Counted from the first letter of the stretch, positions 23,988-39,448 are shown. The stretch is 64,000 nt of DNA from Curvularia clavata (GCA_023920165.1 CP089275.1:2046001-2110000), one strand, 5' to 3'. Notes: a model not told the origin generated them from the sequence alone. Translations and numbers: made by a program.

Positions 23988-25182
23988 ACGTAGGCGGCAG
24001 AGATCTGCTGATTCGCGTACTCTTTCTCCGTGTCGAAATCCGGGCAACGTTTTCGATTGTTTTGAGGGAGTGAAAATCGCGTCGCAGATGTGATACATGA
24101 GTGCTGCCGTGAAAAAATGGCGTGCCATGTACTGGGCCCAAAGCCCATGATCAAGTAGAAGTGATAGCAACCTCCAAAAGATTAGTTCTCCGGAAGCTGA
24201 CGAGATTTTGCTCATGTGTGACGACTTATTAATACTCTTCTCATTAATCCTGCGGTTTCGGTACTGATTTCCGCGTCGTCGTTCATTATTCACCGCTAAT
24301 CGCCGCACCGAACTGCAAAGCGTTTCCGCAACAGTCATACCATCCCGATCATATTAAACTTCAAGGAACAGAGTACTATGAAACCATGAAACCACAGCAT
24401 AACTAATGCAAAGGGGTTTTTCTGTTTGACTGACGGATGGTATGAGACGAAGTTGTCAGTCTGCACGCTGTTCGGTTCGAAGTGCCTCTCTGAGCAGAAT
24501 TCCCCTCCCTTTGCTTTTGTTATTCGTGCTCTAGGCTGAGCGCCAGTATATATTTCTGGCCACCGTACATGAGTATGAAAGGGTTACACCAGTAGCCCAG
24601 CTTGCTCTATTTTCTGTCCGTTTGCTCCGCAGCTTAATAGGAGCAAGTGAACAAGGGCTACCCCTGAATCAAGTGTGCACAATATTTGCAGAAAAATGTA
24701 TAACGACGCGAGTTACTGTCAATTATGACGTATAGAGACTACTGCTAGAGTTTGAATCCGGAAACTCACGTGGGGGGTGTTGGAGGGTGGGAGTGAGGGT
24801 GAGTCCCCAACGGAAAAAGCGGAGGTTGACTTGGTGTGCCCTTCTCAGCCTTTGTACAATAGCACACACCCAACACATTGACCCACACTGGTGGAACAAT
24901 AGAAAATCTCTCCTATTCTTCTGCCTTTTTTCAATACACCCAATTCCAGGTGTCGATCAAGTTCTGCGACATTCGTGAATGTGTAGGGGGCTGACATAAT
25001 AAGAAGGTCAGTCCAAGCGTCCAGGGCACCTTCGAACAACCTTCAACGCTCTCATTCTTGCACGACCGACCCACCAACACCGGGCGCGGCATTGGGGCGT
25101 GTAAAACTCCCGGATAGCACGCGAAGTGAGTATGAATGTGAAGTACTTAAATACAGCGCGCTGACTAAATTGCAGTTTCGCC

Positions 25183-28100
25183 ATGCCGGCCCTCCGCAAG
25201 TCTGCCCGGGAGCGCGACTTTCGATCGCAACCAAGGTCCAGCACCACGCCCTACGCCTCACCTACTGGTACATCAAACGACCACATTCACGAAAAAAAGC
25301 AGCGCTCTATCACAGAGTGGACTGAACCGCAACCGCAAACTCTTGCACCCTCGTTCGAAGAGCACGGTTTTGCGCGCCACGGCGTCTTGGAGAATATGGC
25401 CCCCCTCGGTGTACCCCCCAAGGCGAAGGACAAGCAGCGCGCGCGCGCTCTCGACGGACCGGCTCCTCGTAACTCACTGCTGGGCAAAGTGAACAGGACG
25501 TTTGGCGAAGAGGCTGGGTCTACGCCAGAAGTCACTCCGGCTCCTGAGCTTGAGCCTGATGATTCTGAACGGCAAGAGGAGTACGAGGCGCGGCCCGGCT
25601 TTCCTGTCCACGAGGATGAAGAGGACGACGACTACGAGCCCACCAAAACGAAGAAGAAGGTAAAAGTATCAAAAACTCCTGTCAGGGGCAAGACACCGGT
25701 GCAGAGCAAGACACCTGTCAACGGCAAGACACCGCCTACAAAGAACGGTTTCAGTAAGAGCACGACTATCTCTGCAAGTCCAGCTGTACAGGCTATTTCC
25801 ATGGCGGAGCCCGTTGAAGCCACCACACAGCGCATTCAGATTGCGGTCAACGACGCCATTTCCAAGGCCAACAGTAACAAAGGCAGACGCTATGTAGGCA
25901 TCGCTTTGAAGCGCGCCTTTGAGCAGAGCAAAAACGACCCCGAACTAGCTGAGGCCATGGACGCAGTCATTCACGAGAGGAGCACCACGAAGCAATATCT
26001 CCGTTTCCGCAAGTTCATCAAGGAAATCAAGCTTGAAGAAAAAATGAAGATGGGTCTCACCAGGGATAGGCGCTTTGACCAGCCGGCCACCGCGAACAAC
26101 GGTGCTCCATTATCCAGTCAGCCCACTTCCCCTAGAGCCAGCAGTGAAGTTGTTCCGGATGACTCTGTCTCGACTACTGAATCCATGTTGAATGACACGC
26201 ATAAAGCGCTGCAATCAGCACTAGACCCACACTCCGCAGCTGCACCTCATCCGTTCAGCACAGCTCCAGCTCTTCCAGCCGCAGACACTTCCGCAGAATC
26301 GACTCCGAGGATGTCCTCAAAGTCTCCCCGGAAACGATCTGCTACTAATGGTAAATCTGCACCGGATTCTGCTGTGGATGCGGACGGTGGTCTCTCTACA
26401 ACTGCGCCCACCCCAGCAGCCAGGACGCCTGACACTGGTGCAAGTGACTCTGAGCTCTCCGAGGTCAATGAAGAGATAGTGCAAAAGGGCCCACCAGAGC
26501 CAGTACAGGTCAATGGAAAGAGTGCTGCTCAGACACCAGCCTCAGGACCGAAGAAAGGGAAGAACATCGCACATGCACGCGCTGCCAAAAAGGCGAAAGC
26601 CGCGGGGAAGCTGTTCGGCAAGCATGCCTACAAGCAGCAGCCACTTACGGCAGAACAGCAAGCAGAGGATGATCGAATCTATCAGTTGCGCAAATCCATG
26701 GTAGAGGAACAGCCTATCCGCCAGTTTGATCAGATTCCTCCTCCCATCTCAGATGTCCGCTTTGACGACGAAATCCTTGAGACTGAGTCTTTGACGGAAT
26801 CACAAATCGCTGTAGGACCACCAGTCGACTCTGATCAACCGAGACGCCCTGGACGGGCTCCAAACCACGGCACCAAGCGTGTTCGAGAAGATCCACTTCG
26901 GTTCTCTTCACCTCAGTCTGAGCCGGCTGTAGTAACAAGGCCTTCAACACCAGCAGTTGGACCAGCCCCTAAGCGGGTCAAGCTCACCAACGGCCAGCAT
27001 GCCAGGACTAAGCGATCGTAAGTAATTATTTCCTCTTCTTGCAGCTTCACTGTCGAAGCCTTGTAGGCATCGCTCGATGCCTGTACCCGTTTTAGCGCAG
27101 TGCTCTTAGCGTCAAGTGAGCAAGCTCTACATGCTGGACGTGTTTGTATCAAACAATACCAGGGGTCTCATCGAATCACCAGAAAGCTAACTATTACGCA
27201 TCTAGGCCCGTGAAGAATCGAGATGCAGGACCTATTGCTGGTGTAGCATTCACTGGTGGTGGCGGCTCGAGACAGCTGGGGCCTGATGACAATGACCCCG
27301 TAAGTGCCACTCAAAATCCCGAAGCATCCAACCACACCATTCCTCTTCCACCACACAACTCATCAACCACATTTTCTTTCTTCATCTCCCAACACCCATG
27401 TTTCTCTCTACAAATATCACCCCTCCTAAATTTCCATACTCTCCTCCCCTTTCGGTTCTCTCCTCGCCTCTAACAGAATGTCAGAACTCGCCACAGTCAG
27501 ATAGCGACGACTTCTGCTCAGCTTGTAGGGGCGCAGGCGAGTTTGTATGCTGCGAAAACTGCCCACGCGTTTTCCATTTGCTATGCTGCGATCCACCGCG
27601 AACGCAGGTACCTGACGGAGCCTTCTACTGCTACGAGTGCAATGCCAAGTTTGGTGCACCCGACGACTCCGAAGAGACTCATCCCAGCCTGGGACCCCTC
27701 TTCGAAAAGCTGGAGCGCACTAACCCTCGAGCTTTTGCACTGCCTCAAGATATCCAGAATCACTTTGAAGGCGTTTCTGCGCGTCCGGACGGATCCTACT
27801 TTGAGGAAGTCAAGAAGTTTCCTCTGTAAGTGTGACGCGTTATTATCGCGTGATTTGGGCACTAACAGTACAACAGAGCAAAGAACAGTGGCTATGGCTA
27901 CCAAAAGCCAGAATACACCAAGGCTATTGACAACGATCAAAAGGTCATCTTGTGTGCTCAGTGTGGATTGTCAAGCGGCAACAAACGCCAGATGCTTAAG
28001 TGTGATTTTTGTCACGCGTACTGGCACTTGGACTGCTGTGATCCACCACTTGCGAATCCCCCACACATCAGTCTTGACGCATCTCAGCGCGATGCCTGGA

Positions 28101-28879
28101 AATGCCCAAGGCATATTGATCATGACCTTCGCAGTGGCTTGCTGGTGCAGAACGATTTGAGCGCCAATGATCATGATACTGAGATGAGCAATGCTGTTCC
28201 GGCTGTCCGGGTCGCGCGCAGAGTTCGAGTGCGCAAGCAATCAGAGTACATTGAGCCCACATTCTCACGCGGAATGCGCAACAACGGTTTGATCGAAATT
28301 ACCAACGATCCCGACGATGACACTGATGGCGAAGGCAACTATGTGTTCGGCGACAACGACCCCAAAGACATCAGCTCGAAGATCTTCCGCGTGCCAGAGA
28401 AGGGAGTCATACTCGACTTTGTCAGCAAAGTCAAGAGGTATGTGAACAGTCTTATCTGCGCGTCATCGTAGCAAGCACTAACACATCATCCAGTGGTCGC
28501 GTTATGAAGAAGTATGAAGCACAGAAGGTTGCGGAGACTGCAACACAACGCAACACGTCTATGCAGAACTACCTCGCACATTCTATCGAGCAACAGCAGG
28601 CAGCACTCTCCCTGGCACAGCTAGCAGGGAAAGAACCCGAGGTAAATCTGAGCGAGGGCAAAGTTCGTGCGCTCATCTACGCTCTCACCGTAAGACTTCT
28701 CCTTGTGCCCCACATGCCTTGTTTTGTGATCACTGGCGCTAACTCACGTGAAACAGTCCGAAGCGCCTCCGAATGTCATCACTGCCATGGCCAACGCAGA
28801 CCCGCCACCGCCCTCGCAACAAGAGCGTGAGCAGCTGGAGATGCTGCAGCGACTTATTCAGCGTCGTCTTGGAGCTTGA
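25183..28879 (+). CDS. Double PHD-finger protein (Rco1/Cph-like, putative Rpd3S component)
   Basis: 5'-UTR intron 25126-25175. Coding introns 27018-27205, 27300-27484 (or 27496), 27826-27876, 28438-28493 and 28690-28756. PHD1 DDFCSACRGAGEFVCCENCPRVFHLLCCDPP; PHD2 CAQC...CDFCHAYWHLDCCDPP...WKCPRH. Confidence 0.85.
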
Positions 28880-30438
28880 GTGCTGCTCCACCATCAGCGG
28901 CTCTGAACCTTATCATCCGGCCAAGTTGCAATGACGCCACCATGCAATCTAGACCTGAAGCACTATCTCATGCACCCAATCCGCAAATTCTATCCCCTCT
29001 CAAAGAGTCATCCACGGTATCCTTTCCAAGCAAGTGCATCGTCAGCAGATCGGCTGTGGCGAGGCGTTGCCCTGCTCAGCCTCATATTGTCTGACCTGGG
29101 GAAACTCGAACACGACACCCTGTTCGCTACACGGACGCGTGGCACGGTCCTCGCCGACACGTCAACGAGCTTTTTTGTCCCTTTTCGAAAAGGGAAAACA
29201 CTACCATTTTCGCCTTGCAACATGTTTTCTCGTCTTTGGCTTGCTGGGGTGTGGATATTGCTCCCTTTCTTTCTCTCTTTTGACACTGCAAACGTGCGCA
29301 ATTCAGCGCTTACTTTTTGTAACGGGATTTTTTTTTCAGGGGTACCTCAGCTGCTTTCCAACTGCAAAAGGCCTGCTATCTCTTTACGGAGTGTATGGGC
29401 TTTTTTTTTTCCTCTTTGGAACGCTGTACCTCAAATGCATAGCGTAGGAGTTTTTATGTACATTGGGAGCGCCCAAGGTTTTTGTTACATTGCTTTCCAT
29501 TCTGGACGTGGGTGGATGGGTGGTTGGGTGAAAGGACTTATGTTTTGCTCTTTGTCTCCGGCTAACTACTACCCTTTTCTCTCTCTTCTCTCTGTATCTG
29601 GGCGTTTTGACTCTTCACTGAGGCAAAACAAGGAAAGGGCAAGTCGGAAGTGTAGGCGGGTGGTGAGGGGAATTACTGGTGACAGAAAGGCAAGTTACTG
29701 TTACTTTGCAGCAAAAGGCTTTGCATATTCAACACAGCTTTCTACCAGAGGGCATCTTCAGATAGAAAGAATTATGGAGCCTTTTTGTCTTGTTGCTCAC
29801 ACCTGCTCTTCTTCTCTTGAATTCTCATTGTGAAGTGGAGAATGTTGGACACACACACACCCTCTGCACGATGTGAGCGCGCGGCACCGTCATTGCCTAT
29901 TCTGCCTGGTGGCGAAGATGAGCCGCTTCCCAACTGTCGATCAGGGGGATGTGGAGTGACAGTAGAGTGTGGGTCCAACGCGTTCACCACACACTCTGAC
30001 ACGTTGCAAGTATGTATTTCACGGGCAGCAGTACGCGGGGTTGGGAAAATGGTTGGGCTTTAGGCACCCATGAGAGACATGACTGGATTCGTTCGGTCTT
30101 GGCCAATAGCAACGAAGAATCACGTTTGTTTGTGTAACTGCAAGAAGCTTGACCTGAGAAAAAAGGAGGGGGAGAGTCGGCGCTGCTGAATAGGACAACT
30201 GCTATGATTCGTTTATTTGCTCGTGCTAATGGTGTAACATGAGACCAGGTTTTCTCTTTGCTGGTGTGTAGCAAGGATAACAAACAGGCGCCAAGTGGCT
30301 TGCTGCAAACCCTAATCATCACGAACCACACGTTTTCTTGACTATTGTAGCCTAGTATCTTGAACTTTAGACCAAACGGTAAAAAGTTTAACCTGGAAAA
30401 GAGAAAGGACATGTGTGATGAAGAAAGGGAAAACTTGC

Positions 30439-32227
30439 TCAAGGCTTGCAGCGGCCGAAATAGCGGGGGTACAGGCAGCAATCGCGGACAGTGTGCTGCT
30501 TGCAAAGCCAAGCAAGGAAGCGCTCTAGACCGAGGCCGTAACCGCCGTGGGGAGAAGAGCCATACCTGGAGAAAGATTGTTAATACGATGATAAGCAAAG
30601 ATAGACGCGGATAGGTGTCAACTGACTTCCTCTGGTCGGTGTACCAGTAGTATGCGGATGGGTCAATCTGCTCCCTCGCGAATGCAGCCATCAACTCATC
30701 GAAGTTGTCCATCCTCATGCTGCCTCCGACAATCTCACCGACGCCAGGCATTAGGCAATCTACGCTCTCTGTTACCCTTGGGTCCTCCTTGTCCTTCAAC
30801 ATGTAAAAGGCCTTGATCTCGGTAGGGAAATGTGTCAGGAAGATGGGCCTGTTGATGATGTCTGTCATCCTGCGCTCTGCAGCTTCAGCAATGTCGTCAC
30901 CAAACTTGTGAGGCTCGCCATCCTCGTTGGGGATGTTGTGCTCGACGAGCCAGTCAATGGCCTCTTGGTACTTCATGCGCTTGAATGGTCGCTCGGGAAG
31001 CTTGAACTCAGGGTTGAGGTCCATGATGTATTGCTTGACAACAGGGTCGGCCATTGTGACGTCCAGAACGCGGCACATGACCTCCTCTAGATGGGTGAGC
31101 AGATCGTCGAAGTTGATGTAGTCCAGCTCAGCCTCGATATGTGTGTACTCAGCCAAGTGACGACGGGTCAAGGACTTTTCAGCGCGGAAGGACTTCTCGA
31201 TACAGTACACATCTCCCATTGACGGCAAGCATGTCTCGAGGTAGAGCTGAGATGATTGTGTGAGGTAAGCCTCCTCGTTATAGTAGCCAAACTTGAAGAG
31301 TGTGGCACCACCCTCTACCTGAGTCTGGACGAGCGCTGGCGGGCTGACCTTGCGTAGTCGGAGCTCTTTGTAGACCTGGTTGAATGCATACTCAACAGCA
31401 TCGCGAACGATCATGACCTTAGACGCAGTCTCTCCGCGCAGAGTGAGATGTCGTAGATCTAGCAGGGTCGCGTGCTCAGTGTCCTTTGATACCCGGTTGG
31501 TGATAGCGTCGTCGCCACCTGCTGCCTTCCAGCCATCATGAATCTTGTAGTAGTCGGCATGCAGTTCGCGGTCGTTGGGAGCGTGAGCACCGGCGGGGAT
31601 CTGCCTCAACTCTCCGAGAATCTCCATACTGGTTTCGCGAGTCAAGGTGAGGGCATCGTAGGTCTTTGCGAGGTTACCAGTGAAGATAACCTGCATGTAG
31701 CCGTATCCGTCTCTCAAGGTAACGAACATGACGTCCTTTTGTCTCCGCTCACGGTGCACGCGACCAAAGACTCGTACTCGTGTGCCCTTTGTATCCTTGC
31801 CGTCTCCCAGCGTAATCTTCTTAGGATCGGTGTCATCGAGCTTGATTTTGATTGGGGCTGGAAGGCTCTTGTCCTCTTCTATGACGACCTTCTTGGCCTC
31901 ATCGAGAACCTTGTTGCGGTCTGCTTCTTCCTTCATGCGCTGCGCAAGCAGTCCCTGTTCCTTCTCGGCCTTCTTCTTCTGCGCCTTTGCATAGTTGACT
32001 GCCTTCTTCATGGCCGACTTGGCAACCTCCTTCCATTCTAGCCTTGAGGACGCATCTGCACCCTCTGCAATCTCTCCAGTGACGCTCTTGCGGGTGAGGA
32101 ACTTGGGGGTTTCGCCGCGAGTCAGGACGGCGTATCCGAGAGATTTGTACGGCAGTGACTCGTCGCCCGTCTGCTCTGCGATATCCTGACCGACATCTTC
32201 GTCGATGTAGTAGGTAGGCTGGGCCAT
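30439..32227 (-). CDS. DED81: Asparaginyl-tRNA synthetase, cytoplasmic
   Basis: OB-fold region followed by class II motifs: [11 protein letters not shown], motif 2 [20 protein letters not shown]. Intron 30626-30566 restores [16 protein letters not shown]...PRYFGRCKP*. Confidence 0.97.
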
Positions 32228-32823
32228 GGTGGCGGCAATTGGTGTGCGAACGTCCTTTGGGTGGTGTTGCACAAGTTGTTTGCTGTTGTCGGAAATATAG
32301 TGAGTGGGCGCGGGGTGAGTCAAATGGACCCCTCCAAAGCTCCGTGCGCCGCCTAGGTAGTATGTGAATCACTCCATGTGTCGATAACGCTAACTGCCCA
32401 ATGTCCCTTATCTGTCAGTGAAGACTCATGTCAACGTAAGTCGGGTAGAGCACTAAAGTGTATGCGCACTTTGTAACTTGTTTATAACCAAGATACCTGG
32501 TTTGGTTAAGTCTGTGAGTGGCTTGTCTGCTCTATCTAAATGGGCACACCATTTGCAGTGGTCTAAACACTTGAATTTGCGTGTTCCAGAAACTGATCCT
32601 AGTTTGACATTAGTTTGAGCTAGGTTCATCAACCTTGTCTAACAGGCATTCGCCATCTTTCACGTTAGTAGTGATGATGGCTTTAATTCCGCGCTGACAA
32701 ACAAGCTCATTGGTCCGGCAACTAAGTAGCACGAAAACCAAAGACTACATTTAGTGACATGTCGCCAGTAGCTGTCGCTATTCAACTCAAGTACTCTGAT
32801 TTCCCCAAATACACAAATCAAAA

Positions 32824-33582
32824 ATGGCAGACCCCAGTTTGTACACATATGAATCTCCTTTAAAAGGCTACGAAGGCTGCGAGCCACTCCCCAAGTAAGT
32901 CGTGTCTTCCTGTGCCCTATTGCTCAAGTATCCAAATCTTGCAGTACAAATGTCGACAAGTGCTGAAGAAAACTCAAAGTGAAAAGGCTGCGGATGGTAA
33001 ATCATACGTAAATCCTCCAACCGGCAAGAAAAGCGATGCCTACAAATCATTTGTAACTCCCATAACCAATGGCATACGTGGAGGATTTGAGTGAGGATGA
33101 GCCGTTCACGTTATTTGCACAAAGTATGCTGATTACTCCAGCGTCCACATCTATTTTCTTCAAACCGATGAGGAAGAGACAAGGTTCGCCAACGAGCTTT
33201 GGGAACGTATACGTCGCGAGTGTATGGTAACATATTCCGACAATCTAGCAAGTTCTAACAAAAATAGTCCCTGAGTTGCGCATATATCGTGTCTGGGACC
33301 GCCCAATCGGACCCCATCCTCTTGCAATGTTCGAAGTCAACATTTTTACTCCCGGTAACTACTCGCCGATTAGAGCATAAACCTCAGCTTCACTAACAAT
33401 GAGTAGAGCAATTCGGTGCATTTATACCTTGGCTAGTAATCAACCGAGGCCCTCTTTCGGCCCTGGTCCATCCAAATACCGATGATGAAGAGAGGGACCA
33501 TACACAGCGGGCGACATGGATGGGGCATCCGCTGCCTCTCAATCTGAAAATATTTAAAAAGAGAGCAGCGCCAAAAGTATAG
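32824..33582 (+). CDS. DOPA 4,5-dioxygenase family protein
   Basis: Five exons; introns 32895-32979, 33091-33141, 33222-33267 and 33355-33406. Spliced product contains GFDVHIYF, FPELRIYRVWDRPIGPHP, WLVINRGPLSALVHPNT and DHTQRATWMG. Largely missed by the ORF track. Confidence 0.9.
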
Positions 33583-33887
33583 TTTACGAGTCAGGGGATT
33601 GTGCGAACCACAGAGATGCAGGCTTGAAGTGTGAATGTGATTTCTGAGGTCGCGTCTGCGACGGACGCAATTGATCCGTATCGTAAGTGCCTCCTGCTAC
33701 AATATATACGTGGATGCGTTCCCTCTCGAACCCATAGCTTCGACTCTGTTCAGCAGCTCGTCGTCTGGTGTCCTTTCGGTCCTAAATAATACCCCTCTTC
33801 ATGTATAGGCATCAATAATACCGCCATGATACCGTTTGCCGAACCGCTCTCTTGTGCGATACATTGGCAAGTAGAATACCATCATCC

Positions 33888-34363
33888 TCATGCCTTTGTC
33901 TCGCCCTTCTTCTTTTTCTTGGTCTTCTTCGCTTTCTTCTTATCTCGCTTCTTCAGTCCACTCATGCCTGCCTTGCACGCCTCTGCATATCGCGCATAGA
34001 ATCCGTCCAGGTCTGCCGGCGCTACCACTGTGCTCAGCTCTATCTTGTCGACATTTTTTCTGTCTGTCCCTGCTTTCTTGTCGCTCTTGTTGTTGTGTGC
34101 GCGGATCAAAACAGGCAACGAGTCTTCAGGATGGGTGTCCCATAACGGATCATCGGCAACTTTGTCGGCTGGAGGAGGTGTGACTGTGGTGCCGAAGGTC
34201 ATGCGCTTCTGTACGAGATAGACGCTGCCGTGGCCTTTTGTTCGTGTGTACTCGAAGAGATTGGCGAGTTTTACAAAGAACTAGGCAGATGTCAGAATAG
34301 GAGACAAAATCGCATGCTCATGATATCCCATACCTCATCGTTACTCAAGTGTTCTCGCCCCAT
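33888..34363 (-). CDS. SRP14: Signal recognition particle subunit Srp14
   Basis: MGREHLSNDE, intron 34333-34281, then FFVKLANLFE...GHGSVYLVQKR...LIRA...IELSTVV...GMSGLKKRDKKK. Confidence 0.93.
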
Positions 34364-34522
34364 TGTTGATGTTGTGTGCTATATTAGTCGCGCCATGGAC
34401 GTGGTAGGTTGCATAGTGGGATGGCCGCGGCCGTCAGTGCGAGGCGGAGACGCGGGGAAATCGCACCTAAATCCCGACCCTTGAACTTTTTTGCGACAGA
34501 CAGTCGCCTCAAACATCACAAC

Positions 34523-37194
34523 ATGCGCAAAACATTCGGAGGGCCAAAGTTGCCCGCAGAGCTGCGAAATCAGCTAGGAGGTATGCAGGGCTGAATCTGG
34601 AAATATTCATAGAGCTAAGATCTGCAGACCCAGCAAACAGCAAGCAGCGCAGCGGACCGCGCAATGGGCCATTAAATCGCAAGGACAGGCGCAAGGCCGA
34701 TCGTATAGAGAAGAAGCGACAGAACAAGCAGACGAGGAAACCGCCACCGCCGTCAGCCTATCCACACAATGGCCGAGGAATGCGTCGTGAGCCTGAGTCA
34801 GAGGACGAGGACGAAGAAGAAATAGATTGGGACAATATCGAATCAGACGCCACACCACCGCCGATAGAGAAGAAGGAGTCGCAGAAGCCTCTGAAGAGCA
34901 TACTAAAGACGAAGCCCTCCGCGCCAGAGGAAGCATCTCCTCCGCTCGCAAAAATATCACGCGCCACAAGAGACAGGCTTGCCCAGGATGATGCGGAGAT
35001 TGCTGCGCTGGAAAAAAGATTGGGTGTAAAAGGCAAAAAGAAGTCCAAGGGAGTCGACGACGGTCTCGACGATATATTTGCAGGCCTAGGGGACCTTGGA
35101 GGCTTCAGTGACGAAGATGATGCTCAACCTACAAAGCGCAAACGAGATGAAGATGATGACTGGCTTGCAAGTAAGAGGCGGAAGGCTCTGGGCCAGCAGC
35201 TAGACGAAGAGGACCACGACTTAGAGGCATCTGAGTCCGATGATGGCTTTGATCTAGAAGAGGAAGACTTCGATGATGAAGAGGAGATAGAAGAAGATGA
35301 GGGGGATGAGGAAGATGAGGGGGATGAGGAAGATGAGGGGGATGAGGAAGATGAGGGGGATGAGGAAGATGAGGGGGATGAGGAAGATGAAGAGGATGAA
35401 GATGACGAGGGCGATGATCTGGAGTTTGATGAGGAAGATGTTGAAGATGCGGAACCAGAAAAACCAAGGCCACGAGAGAATCCGTACGTTGCTCCTGTAG
35501 CACCAGACGCCCAGCCGACAAAATACATACCACCTGCGCTTAGAGCACCACCTTCATCGGATGCAGAGGCTTTACTACGCCTCAGAAGGCAGATCCAGGG
35601 TCTCTTCAATCGTCTATCAGAAGCCAACATACTCTCAATACTGCGCGAAATCGAGACGATCTACCAGAACAACCCCCGCGGATACGTCAACAATACACTG
35701 GTTGATCTACTGATTGGCATGTTGTCTGACCCCACCACGCTTCTGGATACTTTCCTAAACTTGCATGCCGGCTTTATCGCTGCGGTCTACAAAGTCATCG
35801 GGCCCGACTTTGGCGCACAAATGGTGGAGCGCATCGTTGCGGAAGTCGACAAACACTATCAGACAAACAAAGACGGCTCTGGAAAGCAGACTTCAAACCT
35901 TATATCTGTTGTAGCGGAACTGTATACGTTCCAGGTCATTGGCAGCAACATCGTCTTCGACTACATTCGATTCTTTCTCGACGAGCTGACAGAAATCAAC
36001 ACAGAACTTCTGCTAAGGATAGTGAGGGCAGCTGGTCCGCAGTTACGCCAAGATGACCCGACTTCTCTTAAAGACATCGTCGTTCTTCTCCAAAAGTCTG
36101 TGGCCAAGGTTGGTCAGAGCAACCTGCCGGTTCGCACCAAGTTCATGATTGAAACAATCAACGACCTCAAGAACAACAAGATGAAAACCGGTATAGCTTC
36201 TTCGGCACTAGCTCGAGAGCATACCACGCGGATGAAGAAGCAGCTTGGCACGCTCAACTCCCGGAACCTCAAGGCAACAGAACCACTGCGAGTTGGTCTG
36301 AAGGACATCAAAGATACCGAGAAAAAAGGTAAATGGTGGCTTGTGGGAGCAAGCTGGCGCAACCAGCCGGGCAATGAAGAGCCGGTCGAGGATATTAAAA
36401 AGCCTGAGCGGACTACGACACTTGTCCATGACGAGGACGACGACAGCGAAGTTGATCTGGTGCAGCTTGCACGTGAGCACCGCATGAACACAGATATCCG
36501 ACGGGCCATCTTCATCTCTATAATGTCTGCAAGTGACTTCAAAGACGCGCAAATACGACTGAACAAGCTCAACCTTAAGAAATCTCAAGAAGCAGAGATA
36601 CCGCGCGTCATCGTCCACTGTGCAGGTGCAGAGAAGACCTACAACCCATACTATACAGTTCTCGCACGAAAGATCTGCTCGGACCACAAGACTCGGAAGA
36701 GCTTTCAATTTGCGCTCTGGGATATCTTCAAGAGTTTGGGGGAGAAGCAAGATGGTGCGGACGACTCTGAAGATGACGATGATGAGACGGGCACTGATAC
36801 GTCCCTTCGAAAACTTGTCAACCAGGGAAAGCTATATGGCACATTGATCGGTCGCAAAGCCATGTCTATTACCAGTTTGAAGAACCTCAACTTCCCCTAT
36901 CTACAGCCAAAAACCAGGACTTTTGTTGAAGTGTTGCTTGTTACAACGATCCTGGAGGCATTGAAGACATCCAGGACAAAAGACAAGCGTGACGAACGGG
37001 TCGTACGCGAGGTATTTGTGGAGGCAGACCAGGCACCAGAAATGATTGCCGGTCTGCAATTCTTTTTGAAGAAGACAGTTAGCAAGACGGAAATTGTCGA
37101 AGACGCGGAAAAGGAAACCGTGCGTTGGGCTTGCAAGTCGGTCATGGATATGCTGACTCGAGTGCTGGCAACGACAACATTGGCTGAAGACTGA
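34523..37194 (+). CDS. SGD1: Nucleolar MIF4G/MA3-domain protein Sgd1 (NOM1)
   Basis: Intron 34581-34627 joins ATG 34523 to the 804-aa ORF. Motifs KYIPPALR, GLFNRLSEAN, KKGKWWLVGASW and RMNTDIRRAIF. Confidence 0.93.
35293..35382 (+). repeat. Coding minisatellite, 5 x 18 bp ([24 protein letters not shown])
   Basis: Five identical tandem units read directly from the sequence. Confidence 0.95.
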
Positions 37195-37463
37195 AGAATT
37201 GATTAGAATACCCCTTTGTTGCCATTTTTAATAGTAAATATACCAAAAACAGTACGCATGATGCAAGGAGGCGAAGTTGAATGTGAGGCAGTTTGTCATC
37301 TTGGCGCCACCCTTGACCCTACGGAAGCCGCAAGGACTTCCCAGCCGAGCTCCGCAAAAAGCTCAACCACATCTACCATCCCACGCCCCATCCATTGACG
37401 CCTGTCATCTTAGCCGTTTACCTTACGGCTTCTTTTGGTTGCGTTCCTTCGGCCATCTCCAGC

Positions 37464-39252
<1,789 letters not shown>

Positions 39253-39448
39253 ATTCCCCAATTTCGGTCAGGCTTTTCTTTTGTGCATCAGCGACATCAT
39301 CTTCAGGCTCTCGAGGTGCGAGCACGGAGTTGTGAAGGGTATTTTGTAGAATATATATCTGATGCGTCATGTTTGCCAAGTGCTGGTGAATCAAGTCCGT
39401 GTGATGTATGGAGCCGATAGGGCTGAGTCCCCTGCTAGCGCCATCTCG

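Noticed and set aside
24470..24770. GGTTCGAA and GTTTGAATCC resembling tRNA T-loops
   Set aside because: No cloverleaf stems or A-box could be built around them.
28931..29833. 300-aa ORF downstream of the PHD gene
   Set aside because: Lies in a T-rich 3'-UTR, has Phe/Leu/Ser-biased composition and no recognisable motif; likely a chance ORF.
29984..30565. Long C-terminal extension of Asn-tRNA synthetase in the ORF track
   Set aside because: Artefact of reading through the 61-nt intron 30626-30566; splicing restores motif 3 and the stop at 30439.
32228..32323. TTG-initiated N-terminal extension of AsnRS as a mitochondrial isoform
   Set aside because: The extension is not Arg-rich or presequence-like, and fungi normally have a separate mitochondrial AsnRS.
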